This document shows, piece after piece, positions 1-10,752 of a DNA stretch of 64,000 nt. Each line of letters starts with the position of its first letter. Position 1 is the first letter of the stretch. The stretch lies in the NCBI GenBank assembly GCA_963666285.1, contig OY762711.1. One strand, given 5' to 3'. The notes under the pieces were generated by a model. The model was not told where the DNA came from. It was given only the letters and a program-made list of their open reading frames with translations, and searched no databases. The stretch is from Sedimentisphaerales bacterium (GTDB taxonomy: Bacteria > Planctomycetota > Phycisphaerae > Sedimentisphaerales > SM23-30). The position numbers and the translations under genes were made by a program.

Positions 1-296
1 AGATCACCATCTTCCAGACCGGTCGGCCCAAGCTTACGCCTTTTCAGGGCGTTTTTGGCCAGATTTGCCACACAAGTTGCCAGGTACGACCTAAAATTGC
101 CGTTAATCCTAATCTTGTCAGGCGATTTCACAAACGAGACAAAGAAATCATGCAAAACATCCTCTGCGGCATGAGTGTCATTAAGCAAACCGGTGGCCAC
201 GGTCAGCAGATAACGCTCATACTTATCGTAAATCCTTTCGAGAGCCGCACTTGAACCTCGCTTGAACTTCCATAAGAGCAGTTTGTCTTCTATCAC
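1..296 (-). CDS. ECF RNA polymerase sigma factor (5' part; runs off the window start)
   Basis: Not in the ORF track. Manual translation from GTG at 296 (GAGG upstream): MIEDKLLLWKFKRGSSAALERIYDKYERYLLTVATGLLNDTHAAEDVLHDFF...NFRSYLATCVANLAKN, a sigma70 region-2 pattern. Confidence 0.85.
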   Translation of the reverse strand, partial: MIEDKLLLWKFKRGSSAALERIYDKYERYLLTVATGLLNDTHAAEDVLHDFFVSFVKSPDKIRINGNFRSYLATCVANLAKNALKRRKLGPTGLEDGD

Positions 297-387
297 TATT
301 ACCTCGTCAATACATAATGAATATGATCACATTCAATATATACACAATTTAGCAGCACAAATCAGTCTAATTATTTTGAAAACTAAT

Positions 388-421
388 AAAAAAAGCTCAC
401 AATCCGAAAATCGCAAGCTTT
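388..421 (-). terminator. Rho-independent terminator after the 1458-aa gene
   Basis: Minus strand AAAAGCUUGCGAUU-UUCG-GAUUGUGAGC-UUUUUUU. Confidence 0.8.
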
Positions 422-447
422 ATTAGTATGCTTAGTTGTTCCAACGG

Positions 448-3400
448 CTACTGAACACTTTCTTTTTCCGGAGCATCCTTATTCTTTTCGTATAGCTCCT
501 CTACATATTGACCATCAAATACTTCATCGCCAAACTGAGGTGTTTCGTCAATGAAAAAGACACTTCGTTCATGAAAGTCAAGTTCCTTATCACCGGACAT
601 TTTGCTGCCATGTTTGACTTTTAGCGGATACCATAAGCCATTTACCTGCTGGTATTTTTCTATCTGAGAAACCTGCGTGCTGCCACCACCCCATTCGATA
701 ACCTCTTTGTGACAGAGATAATCTTTTTCTGGATTAAGATAAAACCAGAAGATGTCATCGTTTTCCTGGCCTATAATTTTTTGAGTATACTTAACGCAAA
801 CAAAACCATGCTCTTTTGAATACACATCTTTAACAATCTCTGCTCTATAATCAATATCGGGCCATGAATGGTTTTCCAGAATACCATAGTAAGGGATATC
901 ATAATAAACTTCTGGAACCTTCCAATAGTGATTCTGACCATTATGCCTGGCAAAATACCATTTTGATTTGCCATCGAATATTTCAATACTTTCTAAAGAG
1001 TCAAGCTTTCTTAACATCGAAACATATAAGTTGAAATTATCAATATTATTTGCATTGCGGCTTTTATAATGCTCATGCCGGTATCTTCCACCATCAATAT
1101 AATAAACACTGGAACAACCGGAGAAATTGATTACACAAGCAACCTTAGCTAAACCTTTAGATTTATATTCTTTATATACAGGTAAAAACTCAACAAATTT
1201 CTCATCCAGCCTATCAACTACTTTGGCATCTTTCGGCACACCAACATCATAAATGCTTTCCGGGCCGGGATCAGGATAATCATAAGCTACCTCGACTCTT
1301 TCCACACCGATATATTTTGCTGTTTTTGGGTCTGGACCAGCATAACTATGAGACCAGCATATATAACCGCGAAGCAAATCCTGCTCGGCATCCAGATACA
1401 TTATCTGGCAACATCCGCCATCGCCAATATTAAGTTTTTCATCACTGGAGACATATTTCAATATCCTCACATCCTGACCACGATATGTACCTCTACTAAC
1501 TTCAGGTTTTGTCTTATGATATTCGATCTGGTTGCGAAATTTTTCAAGCTCTTCGTAAGGACGATTGAAAGCCTGGTCCATCTGCTCTTTATCATCAAAA
1601 TCAACGTCAATGCCACTCGGTACCAGCAATGTCTGCTCTATTTCATTGCGTTTTTTATAATACCACAATACTTCTTTTGTCTTATAATCTCGATATGTCA
1701 CATCGCCGTTATAGTCATGAATAGTTACTTTCTCTTCCGGACATATCCACCATTGACTGATATTTGAGCCGTTATCCATATATTGATACAGCCACGGATA
1801 TTGTTTCATCGCTGCTATCATATCATCAAAGATAAATCCAAAAAGCCTGAACTCCTTATCAGCCTGACTAATGACCTCTTCCGCCAGCAGCTCCTTTATC
1901 TTTTTGTAGACATTCTTGCGAGTAGCCGGGCCGCGGTAGTTTCCGCTACGATCAACCAGGTACCAGCAGTTCATATCGCCGCCGCGTTGGTCTAACAGGC
2001 TTTCGTAGCTGTCCTTGCTCTCATATGCTACCGGGAAAGGAATATTTTTATTCTCCAGTATTGATTTCCACTCGGCAGCCTCGGTTTCAGACATACCGTA
2101 TTTCCTACTGTTGCTATGGGTAGCTATTACTTCCAGGCCATCATCATGATATTGATTATACATACTTATAGTCTGCCCCAGCCATTGATTAAAACCTGTG
2201 GTGTTGCCATCTGCATTCATGCCAAGTTCCAGCAGAACAACTTTGCCGCGATAATCTTCCAGCTTAACCGGGCCGTTAATCCACCACTGGCTGAAGTTAA
2301 ACTCCGGCAGCGGTTTGCCGACAAAATTAAATCCCAGCGGCTGAAGCTTTATCATCACTTCATCTTTACCAACGATATCTACATCCAGGCAGCCATGCCC
2401 GCAATATCTGTCAGAAATGTATACTTCAGTATCAAACTCGTCAGACTTTTTACATGGAATATATTGACCCCAGCTGGAATAATACTTTTTACCGATTGAG
2501 CCGACTGTCAGACAGTTCTGCCAGCCATACCCATAAGCATTCAACACTCGCAGCCCAATAGCAAAACCGGTTGGCATTTTTTCAGACTCAAACTTACCTT
2601 TGCTGTTGGTGCTATGAATTCTGCTATAGCCCAAATAACTGACTTCGACATTCACTCCCCATAAAGGATTGCCATTTTCATCAACAACCCTGCCTTTTAT
2701 AGTACGATCAAATTTTGTATCCGGCCCAAACCCTTCCTTGTATTCAACTTTGATAGTACCGGTATCAAAATCACCACCTGAATTGTGACTTTTTATCTTA
2801 ACATGTTTATATTTAACAACAGGGCCACTAACTGATAGACTGAAATTTCGTCCTTGCGGCAAATGCGGAATAATAAAGCTACCATCAGGTTTAACAACCA
2901 GCTCAGTCAATCGCCAATTACTCATAAGACCGTCGGCATCGTCCATGTATGCATATAATGTAATTTCTGCTTTTTCACTAATTGCACCATCAACATAATC
3001 CAGTTTGCCTACAAAATTATAGGTTGGCTTCAAGACTATATCGAAATGCTTGCCGTTATCAGCTTTCCGTAAACTGACATCTGCTCCCATACTATAATCA
3101 TTGTTATAGAGAACAATATGCTTGACTTCATCATCACTAGAAAATGGATTATAAGATACACTATCTGTAAACTCTCCGGCAGCATCTGTCTTATTCGGAG
3201 CAGCCCCTCTTTCTCTTTTTATGCTATAGTACAATCCCTCTACCGGATTGCCGACCTTGTCAATCAATCTGCCCGTTATCTTGAAACCTTTTGCATTGGC
3301 AGTATCAACAGATGGATACTCTTTTGCATGTTTTTCCAACTGCTTGATATCTTTATTAACTTTTGAAAGCTCTATCTCTCTAACTGCTATTTCCGGCATA

Positions 3401-4824
3401 GTGTCAGGATATTCGATCTTAGCTTTCATCGATTGAATACCTTCGGCTCTACCATCAGAGATAGAAAGATCAAGATTGATTAACCTCGCTGAACTCTTAT
3501 CAATCGTAAGCGTTATGCCGCCAGTCAAATTCTGACTTTCTATTGGCGAATGATATGAAGCTATCTTATCATTTTCATCCTTTATATCCCAGCCCCGAAT
3601 ATCAGTTTCAAGTCCTGGAACCATATTACCAAACATCTTCATTATCCAGGCAAGCATATCACCATCACACCGCATTACACTCATTAACTCATCCGGTATA
3701 TTAGTCTCCTGAAATTTAACCCCTGCTCTAAACATTTTTTGCTCTTTTGTAGAAAGATTGAAGAGCATTATTGTTCCGTCAGATGCTTCAACTGTAATTA
3801 TCTGATTATTAACATCCAGCCAGTATTCAACTTGTACATTTTCTAATTCACTACCATAACCACCCTGCATATCAGCAACCATCTTGATAATCTTTGTGCC
3901 GTTAAGCTTGTTTATTACCTCTGCCAGCAGCGTACCGGTTTGGTTCTGGGTTTGCTTATTATCATCCTTCTGACCTTCGCTTTCCTTGTCCAGTTCATTA
4001 AGCTGCTCTTCAACAATTTCCATTTCTGCCTGTTTTTCGCAAAATTCCGGAAATACTGCCGGATATTCAAATTCCATATATATTTTTTGTTCGCTTTTCC
4101 CGGCATATTTCAATACAGCTTCAAACGAATTTAATCTCTCACTTTCTTTATCTGCAAATAATTTTAATTCCCCGTTAATACTTCCGGTATCTAGTTGGTG
4201 AATAAAGATCACTTGTTTGTCATCGTCAGATCTCTTATCCCAGTTTTCTATGCTTACATCAAGATTCGGAATTTCCTTACCCAGTATCCGCAGCATCCAG
4301 CCCAGCATATCACCATCAAATTGATATATCTTCAGATATTCATCTGTCATTGGCAATGACTGAATTTTTTCATTATTTTTATAGAGTGAGACAACCTTAT
4401 TATTAATATCTATCAAAGCCGCGGTATCGTCACTCTGCTGGGCAATGATCACCTGCCTGGACACATCCAGCCAGAATTGGGCATTTATCACTTCGCCGTT
4501 TTCCTTATTCTGACTGGCATTGATCTTGATTATTCTTGCGTTATTGAATTTCTGTAATACATCGGCCAGCACAATACCGCTGTCACTGCTTGGCATTATC
4601 ATCAGCACTATAATCAGAATTGCAGCGGCGGTGGCCGGCGGCAGCCATTTTAGAATTGGTTTATTCATTATCAGTCTCCTGAATCGGTTGGTACCTGCAG
4701 CTTTGGGTTGCGGGCATTGCCGCACTCGTGCCATAACAGAATCTGTAAAGTCATTACGCACATTAACGCCCTTACCGAGAGCTTCAAGTTTTTGTTCCAA
4801 GTTATTATTCTTGTTTTCAGACAT
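448..4824 (-). CDS. Large membrane-anchored anti-sigma-like protein with duplicated periplasmic domains, carboxypeptidase-regulatory-like domains and a TlpA/redoxin-like domain
   Basis: Coupled to the upstream ECF sigma. N-terminal 'FTDSVMARV' followed by a TM helix; internal repeat LADVLQKFNN / LAEVINKLNG; 'ITGRLIDKVGNPV' and 'IKGRVVDENGNPL'; 'VKLEDYRGKVVLL..GLEVIATH..IPFPVA'. Confidence 0.7.
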   Translation of the reverse strand: MSENKNNNLEQKLEALGKGVNVRNDFTDSVMARVRQCPQPKAAGTNRFRRLIMNKPILKWLPPATAAAILIIVLMIMPSSDSGIVLADVLQKFNNARIIKINASQNKENGEVINAQFWLDVSRQVIIAQQSDDTAALIDINNKVVSLYKNNEKIQSLPMTDEYLKIYQFDGDMLGWMLRILGKEIPNLDVSIENWDKRSDDDKQVIFIHQLDTGSINGELKLFADKESERLNSFEAVLKYAGKSEQKIYMEFEYPAVFPEFCEKQAEMEIVEEQLNELDKESEGQKDDNKQTQNQTGTLLAEVINKLNGTKIIKMVADMQGGYGSELENVQVEYWLDVNNQIITVEASDGTIMLFNLSTKEQKMFRAGVKFQETNIPDELMSVMRCDGDMLAWIMKMFGNMVPGLETDIRGWDIKDENDKIASYHSPIESQNLTGGITLTIDKSSARLINLDLSISDGRAEGIQSMKAKIEYPDTMPEIAVREIELSKVNKDIKQLEKHAKEYPSVDTANAKGFKITGRLIDKVGNPVEGLYYSIKRERGAAPNKTDAAGEFTDSVSYNPFSSDDEVKHIVLYNNDYSMGADVSLRKADNGKHFDIVLKPTYNFVGKLDYVDGAISEKAEITLYAYMDDADGLMSNWRLTELVVKPDGSFIIPHLPQGRNFSLSVSGPVVKYKHVKIKSHNSGGDFDTGTIKVEYKEGFGPDTKFDRTIKGRVVDENGNPLWGVNVEVSYLGYSRIHSTNSKGKFESEKMPTGFAIGLRVLNAYGYGWQNCLTVGSIGKKYYSSWGQYIPCKKSDEFDTEVYISDRYCGHGCLDVDIVGKDEVMIKLQPLGFNFVGKPLPEFNFSQWWINGPVKLEDYRGKVVLLELGMNADGNTTGFNQWLGQTISMYNQYHDDGLEVIATHSNSRKYGMSETEAAEWKSILENKNIPFPVAYESKDSYESLLDQRGGDMNCWYLVDRSGNYRGPATRKNVYKKIKELLAEEVISQADKEFRLFGFIFDDMIAAMKQYPWLYQYMDNGSNISQWWICPEEKVTIHDYNGDVTYRDYKTKEVLWYYKKRNEIEQTLLVPSGIDVDFDDKEQMDQAFNRPYEELEKFRNQIEYHKTKPEVSRGTYRGQDVRILKYVSSDEKLNIGDGGCCQIMYLDAEQDLLRGYICWSHSYAGPDPKTAKYIGVERVEVAYDYPDPGPESIYDVGVPKDAKVVDRLDEKFVEFLPVYKEYKSKGLAKVACVINFSGCSSVYYIDGGRYRHEHYKSRNANNIDNFNLYVSMLRKLDSLESIEIFDGKSKWYFARHNGQNHYWKVPEVYYDIPYYGILENHSWPDIDYRAEIVKDVYSKEHGFVCVKYTQKIIGQENDDIFWFYLNPEKDYLCHKEVIEWGGGSTQVSQIEKYQQVNGLWYPLKVKHGSKMSGDKELDFHERSVFFIDETPQFGDEVFDGQYVEELYEKNKDAPEKESVQ

Positions 4825-5348
4825 TACTTTAGCCCCCTTTCCATCTGCTGGCGCAGCCGGGCATGGGCCCGAGAGAGCTGCTTGGTTACTGTTCCGATCG
4901 ATCGACTGGTTATCGCGGCCAGTTCACGTACCGTGTGGCCGCCGAAATATTTCAAAGTTACTACCTGCTTTTCATGGTCAGGCAGTTTAAGTACATTCTC
5001 CAATAGTTCACTGTGGTCTGGTTTTGATTCTACTGATGCTTCAATACCAAAGAAATCATCTACCGATATACTTTCGGCCCGTTTGACATGCCGTCTAAGC
5101 TCGTCAAGTGCACCATTTCGGCATATCTGCATCAGCCAGGAGCCAAACATCTTGCCATTTTTCAAACTGCCCAGTTTCTCATAGGCCTTGACAAAGGCAT
5201 CCTGGGCAATATCCTCTGCCAGATGCTCGTCGCGAAGTATCCGCGCAGCTACCCCTACCGCCGGCTTCTGCCAGCGATCGACCAGTTCCGCATATGATTC
5301 AACCGAACCATTTAGAACTTCAGCTACAATTTCTGCATCTGACCGCAT
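4824..5348 (-). CDS. ECF RNA polymerase sigma-70 factor
   Basis: AEDIAQDAFVKAY..FGSWLMQICRN (region 2); LPDHEKQVVTLKY..SIGTVTKQLSRA (region 4). Confidence 0.93.
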   Translation of the reverse strand: MRSDAEIVAEVLNGSVESYAELVDRWQKPAVGVAARILRDEHLAEDIAQDAFVKAYEKLGSLKNGKMFGSWLMQICRNGALDELRRHVKRAESISVDDFFGIEASVESKPDHSELLENVLKLPDHEKQVVTLKYFGGHTVRELAAITSRSIGTVTKQLSRAHARLRQQMERGLK

Positions 5349-5564
5349 TTATCCTCAATAAACCAGTATGTTTTAACAGTTACAATATAATTGACACAAA
5401 ATATTCCCAAAATGCGACAATAAAATAAAAAAAACTCAGCGTTCACAGGTACGATATTTGTTTCAAAACCTATGCTTGCAGAGCTTTAAAAAAAGTGCGA
5501 TAGTGACACTTTAAATTATTACTTATATCTTGTTACTTATTACTGCAACCGTGTAAACATTTAC

Positions 5565-5607
5565 AAAAAAAAAGAGCCCGCAGTCCTTTTACAAAAACCG
5601 CAAGCTC
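5565..5607 (-). terminator. Rho-independent terminator after the symporter
   Basis: GAGCUUGCGGUUUUU-GUAA-AAGGACUGCGGGCUC followed by a U9 tract on the minus strand. Confidence 0.8.
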
Positions 5608-5741
5608 ATTATTATCTTAAAAATGACGCAATACGACAAATTATTAATAATTTAAAATTGGTTGCCACACTGCGGCATTCCTTGCCTGATACCAATACAC
5701 AATATCTCTCAAACAGACCTTCGGGGCAGTTTGGATAATTT

Positions 5742-7679
5742 CTATTTACCAAAACACCTTTCTAGTTGTTCGCTGTCAGGCTTTTTGGTTATCATACTGA
5801 CAACAATCAACACTATAATAGCAATCGGAAATGCCACCAGCACGGGGTCAACTACCGGCCAGTTTGGACTGTCTGCCAAAAGACTATTGGCACCGTTAGG
5901 AACTTCATCGCTCCTGGTAAGTATCTTAACCAATTTAATAGGTCCGGCCTCAGCCTCTTTAATAAACACCAGCCAAAATGCACTAGTTAAGAAACCAACC
6001 ACCATGGAAGCAATTGCACCAGGCTTTGTCACCCATTTACAGAACAGGCCAAAAATGTATGCCGGGCCGAATGTTGCCAGGCACAAGCCAAAGAAGATAG
6101 CTGTAGCACGAGCAATAAAATATCCGCCACGTGCGTACTGGCTCAATATCATAGCTGCAATAATACCAACAACAATACCTATTCTTGATAAAATAATGCT
6201 CTTTTCATGCTGGCCGCTTATCTGCTCGTACACATCACGTCCCAGGCTTGATCCTACTGCATGGAACTGACTCGACAATGTACTCATCGCCGCCGAAAGC
6301 AGCGTCAGTAAAAACAGCAGACCAAACCAGTCAGGCATCGCTTTCTGGATAAATAACGGGATTATACTGTCAGGATAGAATGCCCAAACACCGGGTGCCA
6401 TTTGAGTAACTGCCCGGGTAAATGCCGTTGCATTAGGTTTGATTTCCGACATGCCGTCACCAAGGTCTTTGACCTCTGCCTTAGGCATTATAGCTTCGGC
6501 TTTTCCTACACCTTTTAGAACAACGTATTCATCAGGCTTGCCATCTCCAATGGTATCAATATGCAGCAGTTCACAAGGCACGGTTTTATTGCCATCAACA
6601 GTTTTTTTCGCAATAATATCTACCGTTGTTGTGTCAATTATTTTACCTGTGATAATTTCATTTTCATAAAAATATACATTGCTAAGGCTGCCAACTGTGA
6701 ATGCTGTACCGGTACAGAACATAATAAATATACCGCCAATCAAAACAGCCCGGTTTAGCTCTCTTTTACTTTGTACCGTCATAAATCTAACGGCCAGCTG
6801 CGGCTGGGCCAACACCCCCAAACCAACGCCCAAAGTAATGGTAGAAACTACAATCCACCATAAATCATAAGCATGAGCGTTTTTAGTTCCATCTGCCGCT
6901 TCCTTAACTCCCCAGCCAAACTCCGGCATACTAGTCCAGCCTTTATGACCGATTGTCTTAAAGCCGGCAAATACCTGATCTTTCATACCAGATAATCTTT
7001 CATGACTGTCAGTAACACCTCCAAGCACAACGTAAGTACTGATTAGCAAAATTGCAATACTTACCAACATAATAGTACCTTGAAGAGCATCGGTATACAT
7101 AACACCCTTGAGACCGCCAACTACCACATACACAGCAATAAGAATGCTAAAAGTCATTAAGGCATATTCATACGGGACACCAAAATGCTGTTGTATAAAT
7201 GCACACGCACCTATCATTACGGCCGCGGCATAAAGCGGGATAAATATCGCGATTACCAGCCCGGCAAAAACCTGGATAAACTTGCTTTCATAACGCCTTC
7301 CCAGCAGTTCCGGAAATGTATGAGCATCGAGACGATGGCCGATCTTGCGAGTTGGACCGCCCAGGAAGACAAACGCGATAAAAATACCTACAAAGATATT
7401 ACAGAACACCAGCCATAATACCGACATCCCGAACATGCCGGCGACACCGCCAAAACCAACTATAGCACTGGTGCTGATAAAAGTTGCACCATAACTCATC
7501 GCCATAACATATGGATGTGTTTTGCGGCCGGCGACAAGATAGTCAGCTGCATTCCTAGTACGGCGAAAACCCAGCCAGCCGAGAAACATGATAATCAATA
7601 AATAGGTTACAACGACAAATATCTCTAAACCGCCTGTTTGTGCTAATAACATATCAGATACTCCATAAACATATGACAT
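5742..7679 (-). CDS. Sodium:solute symporter (SSS family)
   Basis: DYLVAGR, GGLKGVMYTDALQG, QPQLAVRF and SAAMSTLSSQ motifs; many TM helices; soluble insertion in mid-protein. Confidence 0.93.
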   Translation of the reverse strand: MSYVYGVSDMLLAQTGGLEIFVVVTYLLIIMFLGWLGFRRTRNAADYLVAGRKTHPYVMAMSYGATFISTSAIVGFGGVAGMFGMSVLWLVFCNIFVGIFIAFVFLGGPTRKIGHRLDAHTFPELLGRRYESKFIQVFAGLVIAIFIPLYAAAVMIGACAFIQQHFGVPYEYALMTFSILIAVYVVVGGLKGVMYTDALQGTIMLVSIAILLISTYVVLGGVTDSHERLSGMKDQVFAGFKTIGHKGWTSMPEFGWGVKEAADGTKNAHAYDLWWIVVSTITLGVGLGVLAQPQLAVRFMTVQSKRELNRAVLIGGIFIMFCTGTAFTVGSLSNVYFYENEIITGKIIDTTTVDIIAKKTVDGNKTVPCELLHIDTIGDGKPDEYVVLKGVGKAEAIMPKAEVKDLGDGMSEIKPNATAFTRAVTQMAPGVWAFYPDSIIPLFIQKAMPDWFGLLFLLTLLSAAMSTLSSQFHAVGSSLGRDVYEQISGQHEKSIILSRIGIVVGIIAAMILSQYARGGYFIARATAIFFGLCLATFGPAYIFGLFCKWVTKPGAIASMVVGFLTSAFWLVFIKEAEAGPIKLVKILTRSDEVPNGANSLLADSPNWPVVDPVLVAFPIAIIVLIVVSMITKKPDSEQLERCFGK

Positions 7680-7917
7680 CGACTTAACAAACTCAAAATA
7701 ACTTCATCATTCTGCCTGTCATCGCAAACAAATATATTGAGGAACCAACAATCTTCAATTAATATGAATAGCTACAAACAAAGATCAAAACGAATAAAGA
7801 TATTTAGCATATTTTACAGCAAAAAAAGCGTATTTCCAATAAATTAATATAGATAGGTTAAATAACCTGAAACTTGCATATAAAAATTTTCACTATAAAA
7901 TATAACCTGATTTAGCC

Positions 7918-8715
7918 ATGTTTGATATGCATTGCCATTTACATGAACCTGTTTTTGACGCTGACCGTGAGCTGGTAATAGCCCGGGCCGTTGAAAATGG
8001 AATTACCGGGTTTGTTACTAATGCCGGTAGTATCAACGATCTGTCAGCAGTTCAGGAATTAGCCGCATCTGATGATCGGATAATACCCTGTTTTGGTATT
8101 CATCCATGGTTTACAACGAACCTGCCAAAAAACTGGTTGGAAATTGTACAAAACTTCCTTTCAAAAACACCTTCAGGAGTTGGAGAAATCGGTCTGGATC
8201 TGTGGAGAAAAAATATTGGCCCCTTAGAAGAACAAACCACCGTCTTTCGTGAACAGCTGGCAATAGCTCGCGAGCTGAACCGACCGGCAATGATCCATTG
8301 CCTGAAAGCATACGATCAGATTCTGGAAATCTTCCGTTCAGACGGCGGCCCTCAAGCCGGCTTCCTTCTGCATGCTTACAGCGGACCATGGACTATGATT
8401 GAACCGCTGGTAAAAATGGGCGCATATTTCAGTTTTTCCCATGCAACTCTGGCACCTGACCGACGAAAAGCTCATAAAACAATAAGTTCGATCCCTGATG
8501 AGAGATTTCTGATTGAATCAGACAGTCCGGATCTGGTCGGCCCTGAACCGTTCCGACCGTTCAGTGTACGCATGGAATCTGGCAGATTCCGCCAGGAACC
8601 GGCAAACATAGCTGCCGCACTAACCGGGTTTGCCGATTTCAGAGGCATCACACCAGAACAACTCAGAAAGCAAATTGAAACTAACACGCAAATTTTCCTG
8701 CAAACAGTATTATAA
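7918..8715 (+). CDS. TatD family hydrolase
   Basis: DMHCH, GIHPW, VGEIGLD, IHC, LHAYSG and ESDSP motifs. Confidence 0.93.
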   Translation: MFDMHCHLHEPVFDADRELVIARAVENGITGFVTNAGSINDLSAVQELAASDDRIIPCFGIHPWFTTNLPKNWLEIVQNFLSKTPSGVGEIGLDLWRKNIGPLEEQTTVFREQLAIARELNRPAMIHCLKAYDQILEIFRSDGGPQAGFLLHAYSGPWTMIEPLVKMGAYFSFSHATLAPDRRKAHKTISSIPDERFLIESDSPDLVGPEPFRPFSVRMESGRFRQEPANIAAALTGFADFRGITPEQLRKQIETNTQIFLQTVL

Positions 8716-8870
8716 TACTATATTTTTTAGAGACTACCTATTAATATGTTATCTGTTAACTGTCAGGCAGAAAACACATATGGTCGCAGTTTATCAGCTT
8801 ACCTCTTGTCAGCTGTTACTATTCTATATATAATAACAAGTTATAAACACTAAAGTTATAAACTTGTAAC

Positions 8871-10676
8871 ATGAATCAAAAAGCTGAAAAGAAGAAAAAA
8901 TGGTATCGGTTTAAGATATCAATCTCTTTGGCCTCCAAATGCCTGGTAGGTTTTTCGCTGGCTATTATAGTTGTTATCTCAGTAGGTTTATACTTTCCTT
9001 ATGTATGGATGGACAAGCTGGTCGAAGAGGGAAAAATCGACCTGGCAAGATCTGAGGTTGATGATGTTTTACAGAGACATTGCCAAAGCATCGGCGAATT
9101 GAACCTGCCTCCGCTATCCAAGGCCGAATCTACATCCCGCCCGTTAACCCACTGGATAAATCTCAAAGAAAACCGGGAAGAAAAACTTAATAATGATATT
9201 TTTCTTAGACGCGGAGTCGGCTATTTTGAGGAAAAAACCAATCAGACAGAATTTTTCAGACTAAACCGTGAACAGGAAGCGATTATTCCGGAAGAATTCC
9301 GGACTGAACCAGATGATACAGATAAACCGGAAGGGTTTTTGTCAAATTTTGTGCCGGAATCGAATCCGGGCCGATATCTGCGAGGGTTGCGTACTGAAAA
9401 TTACTGCCTAGACTGTCACGGCAGCCAGGTTATTGAATCTGAACTGGCTAAAATACGGCAAAGCTCTGACCCAAACGAAATTGCACGGCTTGAAGCTGAA
9501 CAGCCTCCGGCATTTTCTCTGGGCGAACTGGTAGGTGTAATCAGCGTTATCCTGCCGCCCGGCCGCAGCAGCGAGATACTACTGGGTAACCGTACAATTA
9601 TTATCCTGGCCGGACTATTCTCCGGCTTGTCGGCAATCCTGGCGTTCTATATTATCACCCAGCGAATTATCCTTCAGCCAGTCCGTTCTCTACGCGAAGC
9701 GGCCGAACAGCTTCAGGTCCCGGAATATGATTCGGATGAGATAATACACTTAAAAGGTGATGAGCAGGATGATGATAGCGAACTTGATACATGGATGAAG
9801 GCGATCGAGCTGACCGGTCAGATCAATACCGGCGATGAATACGAACAGCTGGCGGTTGCATTTAACCATATGATTACTCGTCTGAAAACAGCGCACGAAG
9901 AATTGCGTAAGAACTATATGGCTCTGGATAATCGACTGGGTGAAATGGAAGCCAGAAATATCGCGCTGTACGAATCGAATAAACTCAAAAGTGAATTCCT
10001 GGCAAATGTTTCACATGAGCTTCGCACACCGCTTAACGCTATTATCGGATTCGCGGAAATCCTGCACGAGCAGGCCCTGGCCAGGGAAGATGCCCGCGGT
10101 CAGCGTTACAGTTCAAATGTTATGCAGTCAGGAAAACTGCTGCTGAGAATTATCAATGACCTGCTGGAACTTGCGAGAATTGAAGCCGGACGAGTTGAGA
10201 TAAATAACGAACGATTCAGGTTCGAAGAAGTTGTAAACGATCTGATAGATATGATTCGCCCGCAGGCAGAAACTAAAAAGCTGGAGATCGTAACGAATAT
10301 CAGCCCGAAAATCGGTATGATAGAGACAGATGCCGGTAAGACTCAACAGATAATATTTAACCTGATAAGTAACGCGGTTAAATTTACTCCGCCTGAAGGA
10401 ACAATCAGTATTGACGCAGACCTGGCAGAAGATGGGCCGCTATTGGGAATTGAGATATTCGTAACTGATACCGGGCCGGGCATTGCACCAACTGACCGAC
10501 AGGTAATCTTCGAGAAATTCCGACAGCTGGACGGCTCTGTTACCCGCAGTTTCGGCGGGGTCGGCCTCGGACTGGCAATTGTTAAAGAACTGCTGGATAT
10601 CCTGGGTGGTGATGTTGCGGTTGTCGACCACAACCAACCGGGCGCCAGGTTCAGGGTATTCCTGCCGGTGAAATAA
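8871..10676 (+). CDS. Sensor histidine kinase with periplasmic CxxCH (Tll0287/DUF3365-like) domain and HAMP
   Basis: Two TM segments; CLDCH; HAMP 'GDEYEQLAVAFNHM'; H-box FLANVSHELRTPLN; NLISNAVKFT, DTGPGI, GGVGLGL. Confidence 0.9.
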   Translation: MNQKAEKKKKWYRFKISISLASKCLVGFSLAIIVVISVGLYFPYVWMDKLVEEGKIDLARSEVDDVLQRHCQSIGELNLPPLSKAESTSRPLTHWINLKENREEKLNNDIFLRRGVGYFEEKTNQTEFFRLNREQEAIIPEEFRTEPDDTDKPEGFLSNFVPESNPGRYLRGLRTENYCLDCHGSQVIESELAKIRQSSDPNEIARLEAEQPPAFSLGELVGVISVILPPGRSSEILLGNRTIIILAGLFSGLSAILAFYIITQRIILQPVRSLREAAEQLQVPEYDSDEIIHLKGDEQDDDSELDTWMKAIELTGQINTGDEYEQLAVAFNHMITRLKTAHEELRKNYMALDNRLGEMEARNIALYESNKLKSEFLANVSHELRTPLNAIIGFAEILHEQALAREDARGQRYSSNVMQSGKLLLRIINDLLELARIEAGRVEINNERFRFEEVVNDLIDMIRPQAETKKLEIVTNISPKIGMIETDAGKTQQIIFNLISNAVKFTPPEGTISIDADLAEDGPLLGIEIFVTDTGPGIAPTDRQVIFEKFRQLDGSVTRSFGGVGLGLAIVKELLDILGGDVAVVDHNQPGARFRVFLPVK

Positions 10677-10707
10677 AAAAAGCGTCCCACGAGCGAGACA
10701 CTTTTTA
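10675..10707. terminator. Probable bidirectional terminator between convergent genes
   Basis: A-tract, hairpin AGCGTCCCA-CGAG-CGAGACACT (pairs fully on the minus strand with GU), then a T-tract. Confidence 0.65.
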
Positions 10708-10752
10708 TACGCTTATCAATTAACAGGCAAATATATGTTACAGCTTCTGTAA

